Below, piece by piece: positions 10,701-23,273 of a stretch of 64,000 nucleotides of DNA (its first letter is position 1; each line of letters opens with the position of its first letter). The translations under genes and the position numbers were made by a program. Source of the stretch: Macrostomum lignano (taxonomy: Eukaryota); NCBI GenBank assembly GCA_002269645.1, contig NIVC01000206.1:124001-188000 (forward strand), written 5' to 3'. Below the pieces are notes generated by a model that worked only from the letters and a program-made list of their open reading frames with translations, was not told the DNA's origin and searched no databases.

Positions 10701-12419
10701 AATTTCTGCATTCGGTACAATCATAACTTCAGTGCAGGAGCTCAAGGTAAAGTTTACCTAAACCTGTCGCACATATTTTCTGCCATTGACTGGCTGTCAA
10801 AGTGAACCATTTTTTGTCCCGGGAATAATGTGAGTATAACTTTAGATTTAGGAAATATAGAAAAAAATATTTTAGAAAAAATACTTCCCGGGTTTCGAAT
10901 TCAGTGGTTTTAAAATCTGCAGGTTTAAACAGCTTGCGCTATAGATAAGATGCAGATATCGCGGCCGCGGCCCCCGGGCGGCGGGCCGCGTGTCTGAATG
11001 GATTTACTTTGAAACAGTGGGTAAAAAGTAATAACAAAATAAAACAAACTGTAACAACACTGTAGGTAATTTGGAATAAGTATTAATAAACTATTGTTCA
11101 CGATAACACCTAAAGACTTTTGATTTATTTTGTAGAGACTTATATTTGCTAAAGTACTAAAAACATCTAATGAACATTTTGTTGCTCGTGTGTACACCTT
11201 TAACTGTGAGCAATTTTGTGCGCACATTGTAACTCAGTTGTTTCTATATTTAGCTGAGTTGAGGCCGAGGGGTTTGTGTGGGCGTCTATTTTCTTTAATT
11301 TAACTTAAGGTCATAATAGGGTGGGGTTGTACGCCATAATTGTAGTCCCACTAAGTCTAGATCCTAGACAGGCTAATTTGTAAATTAGCCTAGGCCTACT
11401 AGTATTAGGGCCTATTTACTAACTTAGAACTTACTTAGGACTTAGGAGTTAGGACTAGGAGTTAGGCCTAGGAGTTGAATCTCGCAAGGCCTATTTGTAA
11501 ACGTGCGATGTACAGTAAACATGACATTGCCCACTGCCACTGGGGCCACTAGGCTACACAAACTGACAATACAACACATTAGGGCCTACACTACACTCAC
11601 TAGGGCCTAATCTCATGTTAGATTACAAAATCTATTTCATTCTTAACTCACTTGAATTTATAAATAGGCTAGGCCCTAACTATCTTTGACTTGAGCTAAA
11701 TTTCTGTTTCTATTATTATTGGACATTAATACTAGGCCTATATATATAGAATCTAGGCCTAGGCCTAATGAGATTTTTTAAGTTTTTTGTGATTTTTTAT
11801 TCTATTTGATAAATCATATTTACCTAGCTAAGTAAAAAGACATTAATTTTTGAAAATTGGTCAGGTAATGCCAAATACTAATACAACATGTGGGTTGTTG
11901 GCAATTTCTGGCCCAAGGCCAAATTTGGCTGGCTCCCTAAGGGCTTTAGCCTTCTAATCTAGCCCCATAAAGCCTTCCAATCTAGCCCCAAGGCCCTCAA
12001 TAATCTAACATTATATTTGGTCCCCTGGACTTTCACTCCACCTATTTTTCTCTTGCCTTTACCTTTTTTATTTCTATCCTATGTTAGGCTCCTATAAAGG
12101 AAAGATTGGCTGCAGGTCTGAATGTTTTAACTTTTAAGGAGTGATTAGGCCCTATTGGGGTCAGAAAAAGAAGACCAGGAATATGGCAGGTTTTAGAAAG
12201 AGGAAATCTCAATGGTTATGGTGAGATTCAAGTTTTGATCATCATTAATTGAAAAAATGTTTCTTTAGACTCAGACTGATATATTGCAAACTATAGTTTT
12301 TTTTTTAATTTCTTTATATTATTCATCTCTGGGCCCTAGAAAAACTTGGCTATTTGGCCTTGGCTTTGAAAAGGTTGCCAACTCATAGCCTAATATATAG
12401 TTATAAAACTAGACATTTG

Positions 12420-13375
12420 TAGATGATGCTCCTTGCTTAAGTGCTCTGTAGATATCTGCCTTGGATAAAAAACATATAGCATATGCTATACACCTTGAAT
12501 AATGATCATTGTGTGACCCTTTGGCAACTTAAAGACTCTCTGGAGACACCTATGTAGAGCATTTATTATATAATTGCTGATCATCTCAACATGACACGTT
12601 GCACTATGGGTCCCTAAGCTTCTAATATTGGCCCAGCTGCGGGAGAGAGTCTATATCTAAAACCAACTTCTGAATGCTTATCAAAATGAGCCCAAATTTC
12701 TTGGTTGCCTAGTTACTAGTGATAAATCATGGTTTCACTACTATAAACCAGAGACCAAGTAGTAAAATAGCATATAGAAGGCATGTGATTAAGCCCTACT
12801 TGTCAAAGCCAAGATTATATAGGCCCTAGTCTGCTACGAAGCGCATAGAAATAGTCTTTTAGGACAAAAAAAAGCATCTTGCTAATTGAATGGCTGCTAG
12901 AAAGAAAGAACCATCAATGCCCAGTATTATTATGAAATCATGAAGTGGTTGCATGAAAAGATCAGGAGTAAGTGCCATGGAATGATCACTAGGGGCATAG
13001 TGCTTAAACATGACAATGCTAGGCTACATACCTACAATGCTACTCTAGACATCATCAAGAGACTAGGCTTTGAGCTTCTGCTTTACCTAGCCTATTTTCT
13101 TGACTTAGTCCCTTTAGCCATCTAGCCATTTCATTGTCATTGCTATAGAACCCTTTCTGCTCTCGGCTCTGCAATCAACTAGTGGTTCTTTATGTCCAAA
13201 ATATTTTTTTGCCCAGGGTGCCAGGCTTATAGCAGGAAGCACTAAATAAAAATGGGACTTTTGTGGCATGAAAGCTAAAATAAACCACTAACTTTTAAGG
13301 CAAATGATTTTTTAAACACATATTAATACTTGTGGAAGCAAGCAAAGTGACACTACTTCTGGGATACCCCTTGTA
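12420..13375 (+). mobile_element. Tc1/mariner transposase relic with 3' terminus
   Basis: WVPKLL (12607), FLGCLVTSDKSWFHYYKPETK (from TGDESWFHYY.PETK), VF*DKKSILLIEWL, HDNARLHT and LGFELLLYLAYFLDLVP (from HPPYSPDLAPS). Ends CCCCTTG-TA at 13367-13375, like a decayed CCCCTCGTA mariner end. Confidence 0.85.
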
Positions 13376-14104
13376 GTTTTATATTCACTATAAAAAGAAA
13401 AAAGTTTCTGACTTGAATTGCTTTGGCTAGGGTTTTAGGTTATTATTATTATTATTATTAATCCCAATCAGTATTAAAGTATTAAAGAGACTTTAGAAGC
13501 TAAATATTAAGAAAAGGTTAATTCCAAGATTTGAGGTCAAATAATCAAGTAACTAATAAACTATTGCTTATCTTTAAAAGGTTCATATGTATGCTTGTTT
13601 ATAAGTTCTTATTTATGTTACTATTTGCTTATGTGAGCTATAAATATATTCCTATAATTAATATAAGAAATTTTGCCATTATATATGAGCATACACAACC
13701 TTTGAAATGGCATCAGCCATGCAATTTAGCTTTGTAATGTACCTGAGCTAGTACTTAGTTTGCTAATCTTTCAACTTGTTTAGTTATTGGTATTCAAGCA
13801 GTTGACAGATCAATGTATCTAGGGGATTCTAACTTAAGAAACAAAAAAATTTATACAGTTAGCATTTTCAGTAGTGTTTAGCAGCAATAGATCTACTAGG
13901 CTGATCCATGGGTCAGCTGAATGCCTGTAATAGAAACTAAGGAATAACTATTTATCTTCAAATGCCAAAATCATTCATAAATTGTAAAATAATGCTTTTC
14001 AAAAATTATTTTCTCATTAATGTGTGTCTTATTTAACAAATAATCAGCTTAACTCAAAACTATTTCTTGTTTGAAAATCTATCTGGTATATAGTTGAGTC
14101 AGCA

Positions 14105-14299
14105 ATGTCTATTGAAAATCGCAAGCGGCGCCGTAGACTGCTTCTGTCGTTGGTGTTCATATTAAGCTTAGTGGAGTTGGGTCTACTTATAGCTGCCTAT
14201 TCAACTCAACACTGGGTGGACGCCACGCCAACTCGTAAAGTTGATAAGCCTATCGCTGATGCAGCTAAGAATTTGAGCTCATCAAAACTTAGCGGCTAT
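14105..14299 (+). CDS. CLRN: Clarin-family tetraspan membrane protein, exon 1 of 3
   Basis: MSIENRKRRRRLLLSLVFILSLVELGLLIAAYSTQHWV (TM1 followed by W). Donor GTAAG at 14300, phase 0. The symbol denotes the family, not a specific paralog. Confidence 0.8.
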
Positions 14300-14369
14300 G
14301 TAAGATTTTTTGCACTTTTAAACTGAAATATATTGCTGCTTACTTCATGGCCTAAACATAGATAATTAG

Positions 14370-14935
14370 GCTTAGATCATACAGTTAAGCTTAGACCATA
14401 AAGGCAGCCAAAGCTTAGACCATAGATACAGTCAAGCATAGACCATAGAGACAGTTAGCTTAGACCATAGAGACAGTCAAGCTTAGACCATATAGACAGC
14501 CAAAGCTTAGACCATAGAGACAGTTAAGCTTAGACCATAGAGACATTTAAGCTTGTTAGACCATATAGACAGCCAAAGCTTAGACCGTAGAGACAGTTAA
14601 GTTAAGCTTAGACCATAGAGACAGTCAAAGCTTAGACCATAGAGACAGTTAAGCTTAGTCCATAGAGACAGTTAAGCCTAGACCGCAACCAATGGTCTAG
14701 TCAAAGCTTAGACCATAGAGGCAGTTAAGCTTAGACCATAGAGACAGTCAAAGCTTAGACCATAGAGACATTTAAGCTTGTTAGACCATATAGACAGCCA
14801 AAGCTTAGACCATAGAGACACTTAAGCTTGTTAGACCATATAGACAGCCAAAGCTTAGACCATAGAGACAGTTAAGCTTAGACCATAGAGACAGTCAAAG
14901 CTTAGACCATAGAGACAGTTAAGCGTAGACCGCAA
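14370..14935. repeat. About 22-23-bp minisatellite (AGCTTAGACCATAGAGACAGT(T/C)A) in clarin intron 1
   Basis: Tandem copies visible. Confidence 0.9.
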
Positions 14936-15081
14936 CCAAATAGGATTTGACCATGTTTAAATTATGAACAGCACTTTTTTATGTTTAGAGCACAGAAAAT
15001 CAGATTTGGGTGCAGACTAGGTCTACTCTACAGTCAATCGTATGTACGGTCTTTATAATGAACCTTATCCTACCTACGCAG

Positions 15082-15249
15082 GTACACTTAGGCCTGTTCG
15101 TTGGTGTCCAGTCTCTGGACAACGGGCTGGGCCCAAGAGTTGTTCAAATCGATGTCCGAGCTCAAGTCATGGCCGATCCGCCACTGTTTAGCTTCGGTCT
15201 GTGGGTTGCCATGCTAGTGTTTGGTCTACTGACCGCTGCTTGGGCTCTG
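15082..15249 (+). CDS. CLRN: Clarin-family protein, exon 2
   Basis: Acceptor ACGCAG; VHLGLFVG...GLGPR (clarin GLF.G motif) and TM2; donor GTAAG at 15250, phase 0. Confidence 0.8.
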
Positions 15250-15333
15250 GTAAGATTTCCTATTTACATTTTATCTAAATTAGTTATTTATATAAGCGGT
15301 TAATAAAGCATTTCTTACTTGGCTGAAATGCAG

Positions 15334-15705
15334 GTCAGCGCAGGTTTCGCCCTGCTCAACATCGGTCGTAAACCAGTTCGGACACTGAGCGGGCCAGCCG
15401 GACTTTACCTGTGGAACACCTGCGGATTAATTGCCTGTCTAGCCGCTATCGGCGTATTCTTAGCCGCTTATTTTATTAGCCTGAGCAAAAATGTGCTGCG
15501 ACAATCTGATATTGATGATTATTTCTGGACTAGCGATGGGGCCGCCTGGCTTGGCATGTCATTCTACCTGTTGGTAGGCTGCGTGCCCTGCGTCCTGGTT
15601 GCTCACCTGTTCACCTGGCTGGCTGGCGGCGATCTGCCCTGTCGGAGGCGCGACGCTTTGGAGAAAACTCGACTAGAAGGCATGGACGCTGTGATCATGT
15701 ACTGA
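15334..15705 (+). CDS. CLRN: Clarin-family protein, exon 3 (total 244 aa)
   Basis: Acceptor TGCAG; FALLN..KPVRTLSGPAGLYLWN, LGMSFYL and C-terminal DAVIMY*, all typical of clarins. Confidence 0.8.
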   Translation, partial: VSAGFALLNIGRKPVRTLSGPAGLYLWNTCGLIACLAAIGVFLAAYFISLSKNVLRQSDIDDYFWTSDGAAWLGMSFYLLVGCVPCVLVAHLFTWLAGGDLPCRRRDALEKTRLEGMDAVIMY

Positions 15706-15856
15706 TTTTGGCTGGCATTGCGGCTGTGGTATGATGTCAGCTTTTCTGCTCACGACTGGGCTAGGGACTGCGATATCATTTGGGTGTTTTAGCGCTGCTT
15801 GTTTATTTAGTGATTTGAATCTGCCTGTCATTTGTATTATTCTATTGTTCTTGGTG

Positions 15857-15908
15857 TCTGCCTGTCTGTCTGCCTGTCTGCCTGTCTGTCTGTCTGTCTG
15901 CCTGCCTG

Positions 15909-15994
<86 letters not shown>

Positions 15995-16022
15995 GCTGTG
16001 TCTGTCTGTGTCTCTCTGTCTG

Positions 16023-16077
<55 letters not shown>

Positions 16078-16305
16078 GTCTGTCTGTCTGTCTGTCTGTC
16101 TGTGTCTGTCTGTGTCTGTCTGTCTGTCTGTCTGTCTGTGTCTGTCTGTCTGTGTCTGTCTGTCTGTCTCTCTGTGTTTCTCTCTGATTGCCTGTCAGTC
16201 TACCTATCTGTCTGTCTGTCTGTCTGTCTGTCTGTATCTCTGTCTGTCTCTCTGATTGCCTGTCAGTCTACCTATCTGTCTGTCTGTCTGTCCATTTATC
16301 TGCCT
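15857..16305 (+). repeat. (TCTG)n microsatellite downstream of the clarin stop codon
   Basis: Direct reading. Confidence 0.95.
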
Positions 16306-17204
16306 GTAAGCCTAAATGAATGATTTCCTGATCAAAACAAAACTCCCTGAGTTCCCTCAACCGAAATCTATTTAATCCATCTGCGCGGGCCAACTGTCAC
16401 ACCAACAGTCAGTCTGAGGCCAAATGAATTTCAAAATTTGTTATGTCCTGGGCTACTGACACAGCTATGTTGGATCAATTTTTCTTCTAAAATTTTAATA
16501 CTCAGTGCTATTCGAATATAACTAGCTAATCCTGTGGAAAATATTTCATATATTATATCTAATAAAGTAGACAATAGCTAACTGTTATATACTCCGCAAA
16601 AATACAAAATGTCACATTTTTAGTTTAACTTTTATTATGTAATATTATGTCATTCAAACTGCCAAAATAAGACAACTTTTGTGGCTGTCTTATTCAGCTT
16701 CGTTTCAGTTTTGCTTCTGTGTTTCTGTTGTGATTTTCTTTGTATTCTGTTTGCATCCGTTGTCCTGCTCTGCTTTTCACGCAGCTTTCACGATTGGAAA
16801 CAACAACAAAATTATCGACATTTGAAAATGCTTCGTCTGCTTATTTTTTTCTTATTTACATTTTCTAGTTATTTTTAGTTACAGCATCAGCTGGTTCGCT
16901 CACAACTTGGTCATTCCAGCAGATTTATTAACAGTATGATAATTGGATATTAATTGTTTTTAATTTCGCTTTCTTTATCCCTCTCTCAGAATAGCGATTA
17001 ACATTCGTCACATTTGCGTATTGCTTGTACATTCCTGTTTGAATTGCAGCAGAACTTTTTGTTATATATACGTATGTATCTAGAAGCTGTATGTGATTAT
17101 TACTTTGACGTGTTTTAATTGGGCAATTAGACTTTGAAGATGAGTTAAATTAAGCCATGCTCCATATATTTTTATATTGGGCCATTAACAATCAGATTAG
17201 GCCA

Positions 17205-17512
17205 TAGAAAATACGTCTTCGACCGTAGACGATTGGATTGGGCCATAGACAATACAGCTTCGACAATAGACAATTAGATAGGGCCATCGACAATCGGATT
17301 GGGCCATAGACAGTTGGATTGGGCCATAGATTGGGCCATAGACAATTGGATTGGGCGATAGACAATTATATTGGGCCATAGACAATTGGATTGGGCGATA
17401 GACAATTACGTGGGGCCATAGACAATTAATTGGTTTTGGCCATAAAGAATTGTATTGGGCCATAGAAATTACGGCTTCGACCATAGACAATTAGATAGGA
17501 CCATAGAGAATA
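17205..17512. repeat. Degenerate minisatellite (ATTGGGCCATAGACAATTGG)-like
   Basis: Repeated GGGCCATAGACAAT core. Confidence 0.85.
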
Positions 17513-20500
17513 AGGCTTGAAAGACAGAATCGTTGTCAATAAGGCTCATATGAGAGATAGTTATGACTCTGGTTTTTTTCTGTTTATTTTTTATCAAACT
17601 ATTAACAGCTGTAAATGGTTTTTTTAAGGTTTAGCTACGTGACTATCCTCTAGGTACATTATCATGGAGGCGTACATATGGTTGCTCACTTGCGCATTTA
17701 ACCATTAAAAACTGGTACACATTTTCAATGTAGCTATCCTTACACGAACAACCTTCCATTGCTAACGAAAAAAATTAATATTATCGAAATTTCTCTTTAA
17801 AAAAGTGTTTTGGGCTGCTTTTATCTGTTCGTAATCCCGCTTGCTACACATTGTTAAAAAATTGTGCCTTTTTATAACACAATACGCTGCTTGTGTCACT
17901 TTTTCTATATTAATATTCATCATTTTTTGTTTACTCACCGCCGTAATAATATTTCAATAAATTCTGCGCCGAAAATGAATCTCAATAATTTTACCTCTTA
18001 AGCATTATTGAGTAGTGTGGCAGTTTTAGATGTTTGAGTAAATATCAAATACGAGTTTAATGTCAAATCATTTTATTATAATTTTAGAATTTTATTAAAA
18101 AAACAACAGAATTTCACACAACCGGCGAGAGGCATTACTGCCCCATTCCGCCGACTCCCCTGAGCAGGCACACAAGCGCGCGGATACCTACGCAGTCATA
18201 CGCACAGGCACACACACACAGGAGTGTACAGCGGTCCTTTATTTATCGTTAGGCATGTACACTTCACTGTGCCTTGGGAGTTGGCCTTCAAGATTCCAAT
18301 TTTTGGAATCAAGGTTCCAAAGATTCCAAAGAGCGCCGCTGCTGGACCACTGATTTCCTGTATCTTAAAGATTCATTCAGTTATGGGAAACCAAGAGACC
18401 ATGGCTTCCTTATGCATGATTAAGAGTAGTGAGGCTAAGGGCTAACAGGAAATAATATTTATTTTAACAAATAACAGCTCAATCATACAGTTGCAGCATG
18501 ATTTAAAAAAACCTTCTCTAAATCAGAAGGCTAACAGCTAAAAAGACAGCTTGACTTTATTTACATTTCGTATTCGTGGCCTCCTCGTCACTTAACAAAA
18601 GAACGAAAAAACAAAGACCGAAACTATTTGTTTTCTTCAAGTGATTATAGAGAACGAAAAAAGCTGCAAAATAAAAGTTATTATTTAATTAATTACGTTA
18701 AAAGTTTATTGCAAATAATTAGCGCCGCAAAAAAATGTTTTGATTTTATCGAATCTTAACCTAAAAATTCTCTGCTTTAATAGACAACAACAACTATTAA
18801 TAATAATACAAGCGGCCTAAAACAGACAAAACAATAATGTAAGGTTATGGTTACTATATATAGATGCTGGCTGCAAAGCGAATAAATTGCTACGATACTA
18901 AAATGGTGACAAGTATTGTTGTCACGTATTTTTACAAGCAGAAAATGAACAAACCAATTATAACGAAAGATTACATGAATAAATTCGGTTATATGAGGAT
19001 GGACAACAAGATAAGTGTTCATTTTCTAATATTTAAAAACTAAAAAGAATGTTAAAAGCAGGATATACTATATACTAATTACATTTTAGTTTAATAATCA
19101 CATGACGTAACAAAGCAAATCTAAATATAGAAACAACAAGAAGATAAATAGCAAAAATCTGTACTTTAACACAAAGAATCACATCGGTTATAGTTACAGA
19201 GGTAAACAGTTACAGATGCAAGAGGAATTTACTGAACCGCAACTTCGCTACACTTAAAAAATTAATGTACAGTTTAAATTGTGTAAGCAAGGAAAACATT
19301 AAATACAATTGCGACTTTATAATTAGTGTTATAGAATACAAGAACGGGACCAGAACGCGTGACTAGGCGAAATATGAAATTTGTTTGCTCAGATCTGAAT
19401 TTGTTCAGATCTGATGATTTTAAAAAAGGATAAAAACATTCTCAGACAATATAATTACTGTAAGTATAAAATTTACACCCTGCTGTTGAGACTTAAAAAT
19501 GGCTCAAAATTTAACTTGAGGCCAAAAAGTCGAATGCAATTTTTTGTCGCGCAGATGAAGCTGAGCTGTTAATTCAATGGCGGAATTACTTTTAATAAAG
19601 CACGGAAAGGGCTTCATAATTACTGCAAGTGCGCGGTAGCCTGTTTCGAATTGGTGCCAAAAATTTGATTAGCACGTTTTAACAAAATATCAAGTTTAAT
19701 GACTTTAGTTTTCAATACGAAATACTTAAGTTTAGTACTAATGTTAATTATTTTAATGGTGACTTTTTTTGCTGGCTAGTAATATAGCGCTAAGATGGCA
19801 AGATCAAAGTAAGTAACTTTATCAAATTAGTGGAGCAGCTCCAGGTCGGAGCAGAAAACATAACAGACATGGAAAAGTATGAATAAAATATGGACTTTTT
19901 ATGCGTATAATTTGAATATCGACAGAAAGAAAAACTAAAAAGTAAGTAAACAACTACTCGATTGACAATATCAGGTGTGACTAGTGATAAACTAATAAAT
20001 AAATAAACAAGCTGATCATCGATCTAAGAAAAGCAATTTTGCAAAGTACACTATAAATATCATATTTAGACTAGGCAGTGTAAAACAAGGAAAATGAATA
20101 TATAACTCTGAGAAGAGCAAAAACGAAAAATCAATTGCTACGATTGCAATGATAGAGGATGGAAAAAACCGAACTACAATAAAAACATAAATGAGAAACA
20201 ACTCACAATATAGAAAAAAATATTTCTCCAATGTAGATTTGCTTATTACTAAATGACAAATACTACCATATACTAATTGCAGTGTAATTAGACTTCAAAC
20301 AGCGATATATTTCAGCTAAGAAAAAACGTACGGGGCGCTTCAACTGTTAAAAAATTGATAACGAGGTTTGTGAATTTTGTTATAACCGACTGACAAAAAT
20401 AGGTTTTTCAAAATGAATAACTGTACATCAGTAAGTAGTGTTTCTTGGAAATAGACACAATAGAGAGTTAAAAGAGTGAGACACTAGATGACATCCGGAA

Positions 20501-20989
20501 CCGAACTCAGACGCGAGCTGGCTCGCACCTGGCCTGATCAGAGCGCTGAATACCCACGGTAGTGTTGTAGGCATGGTGACCAGCCGGCTCCTGCAAATGC
20601 ATTTATATCATTGGTTGGCTTGGTACATGCGGTTTCTGAACATACTTGGCCCATACTGAATAATGGAAAGTGAAAGATATCGGTGTCAACAGAGTTCACC
20701 GCTGTCCTTTAATGTTCTGGAATATTTTTCATGAAAATTCAAAACCAGTTAGCTGGCAAATTTGCCTACTATTTAACTAAGCTAATTAAAACTAAGAAGA
20801 GCAGCCCAGCAACCTCTGAATGCTTCAAGTTACCCACACCGTAAGACTTTGATACAGCGAATTTGTGCGAATTAATTAAGACTCCGTAGCCAAGGCCAAG
20901 GCAGCAGCCAGCAACGGAGAGCATGGGCGCAAACTAAAGAAATAAGCAGCTTTGATGCAGTGCCAATCTGACGGTCTGGGGATGAAATA

Positions 20990-20992
<3 letters not shown>

Positions 20993-21076
<84 letters not shown>

Positions 21077-21089
21077 CAGACAGATAGAC

Positions 21090-21120
<31 letters not shown>

Positions 21121-21189
21121 GGCAGACAGACACAGACAGACAGATAGACAGACAGACAGACAGACACACACACAGACAGACAGACAGAA

Positions 21190-21230
<41 letters not shown>

Positions 21231-21242
21231 CAGACAGATAGA

Positions 21243-21277
<35 letters not shown>

Positions 21278-21329
21278 AAATAGACAGACATACAGACAGA
21301 CAGACAGACAGGCAGGCAGACAGACAGAC

Positions 21330-21360
<31 letters not shown>

Positions 21361-21361
21361 C

Positions 21362-21418
<57 letters not shown>

Positions 21419-21455
21419 TAGATAGACAGACAGACAGAAAGACAGACAGACAGAT

Positions 21456-21488
<33 letters not shown>

Positions 21489-21525
21489 TAGACAGACAGA
21501 CAGACAGAAAGACAGACAGACAGAA

Positions 21526-21586
<61 letters not shown>

Positions 21587-21613
21587 CAGACAGGCAGGCA
21601 GACAGACAGACAC
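20993..21613 (-). repeat. (CAGA)n on +, i.e. (TCTG)n on -
   Basis: Direct reading. Confidence 0.95.
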
Positions 21614-22387
21614 AATCAGAGTTGAATAGAAGCCAAAAACTAGGCTGTGTGGATGACATGCAAACACAGGTTGCGACTCAGCAATGGTCATATCCTCACG
21701 AAAACGGCAGCAGTGCTCAATTGGTAGCCATAAAAATGCCAATTGCAATCAAGTGTTGAGCAGTCAAGCGCACTCGCAAATAAAATTTTGCCTGAAAGAT
21801 ACCTTTAATCATAAAATCTTGTTAAAGCTATAAAAGTTAGTAATTATCTTTATTTAATAAAAAACGAAATTCCGGCGCACCCGCTGAGTGCACGCTTGCA
21901 GTAGCATAACACGCGTTTGAGCAGTAAAGAAACAAAGAAGAGTAATATAAAATAAATTATAAAAACGCACTCAATCCGAGTGGAAACTGCTTCGATGACT
22001 GACTGACTGACGCTTTTGCGAAGCCTTCTCTTATCGATCAGAGCCAGGCGCTGATGACCGACTTGGATGACAGATTTTATGGCGGAGAAAGATTCGGAAC
22101 AGAGAGGAGAAAGTTGTTGCTAGGGTGAATCAGAATCGGCATATTTTCCTATGTAATTCAATCGTGTTAATAAATTTGTTTAGCCGTGGCGCAAGAGAGA
22201 GAAAAAAGTAAAATTTTGAATCTGCACTAATTTTGATGCATTCTGGTAATAATCAATTTGAAATGCTGTTAGTTAGAGATTCAGTTTTATAAATTACCAT
22301 AAGAACATTTTATGGACTAGGACTGTATGAGGACTGTACATGATGCACTATTAGCACTATAGCAGTTTGCACTGCTGACACCAATGT

Positions 22388-22453
22388 TTAGACAAAGGTT
22401 GACGGCAATTCCTCCATTTTCGCTTCAGTCAGGACTCGCCGACTTTGAGCAGC
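22388..22453 (-). CDS. Ig-superfamily cell-surface protein, candidate terminal exon (AAQSRRVLTEAKMEELPSTFV*)
   Basis: Acceptor CAAAACAG, phase 0 matching the upstream exon; ends in a class I PDZ-binding motif (T-F-V). Confidence 0.5.
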   Translation of the reverse strand, partial: AAQSRRVLTEAKMEELPSTFV

Positions 22454-22562
22454 CTGTTTTGCACGCGTAAAAAGATAAAAAATGGTAAAATATCCAGTTA
22501 ATGATTTGCCAGCAGTGTTATTGTGCAAGATGATGTATTTAGTCTGTTGAGATGCTTCATTC

Positions 22563-23273
22563 CCTGACCAATCAGAGAGATCGGCGAGTCTCTTCTCTCT
22601 GACCAATCAGAGATCGGCGAGTCTCTTCTCCCTGACCAATCAGAGAGATCGGCGAGTCTCTTCTCCCTGACCAATCAGAGATCGGCGAGTCTCTTCTCTC
22701 TGACCAATCAGGGATCGGCGAGTCTCTTCTCTCTGACCAATCAGAGATCGGCGAGTCTCTTCTCTCTGACCAATCAGGGATCGGCGAGTCTCTTCTCTCT
22801 GACCAATCAGGGATCGGCGAGTCTCTTCTCTCTGACCAATCAGGGATCGGCGAGTCTCTTCTCTCTGACCAATCAGGGATCGGCGAGTCTCTTCTCTCTG
22901 ACCAATCAGAGATCGGCGAGTCTCTTCTCCTTGACTAATCAGAGATCGGCGAGTCTCTTCTCCTTGACTAATCAGAGATCGGCGAGTCTCTTCTCTCTGA
23001 CCAATCAGAGATCTACGAGTCTCTTCTCCCTGACCAATCAGAGATCGGAGAGTCACTTCTCTCTGACCAATCAGAGATCTGCGAGTCTCTTCTCCCTGAC
23101 CAATCAGAGATCGGAGAGTCACTTCTCTCTGACCAATCAGAGATCTGCGAGTCTCTTCTCCCTGACCAATCAGAGATCTGCGAGTCTCTTCTCTCTGACC
23201 AATCAGAGATCTGCGAGTCTCTTCTCCCTGACCAATCAGAGATCGGAGAGTCACTTCTCTCTGACCAATCAGA
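22563..23273. repeat. 33-bp tandem repeat (TGACCAATCAGAGATCGGCGAGTCTCTTCTCTC)n, about 22 copies
   Basis: Direct reading; most copies carry a CCAAT box. Confidence 0.95.

Noticed and set aside
11896-12382. Degenerate inverted pair GTTGGCAA...CCAAGGCCAAA (possible MITE)
   Set aside because: Too diverged and no TSD found; not called as a feature.
18292-18310. Hairpin with an Sm-site-like AATTTTTGG suggesting an snRNA or SL RNA
   Set aside because: No other snRNA or SL features; an 8-bp stem is expected by chance.
20480-21760. Possible small minus-strand gene around the (CAGA)n at 21 kb
   Set aside because: Acceptor-like sites exist, but no consistent in-frame exon chain or recognisable protein.
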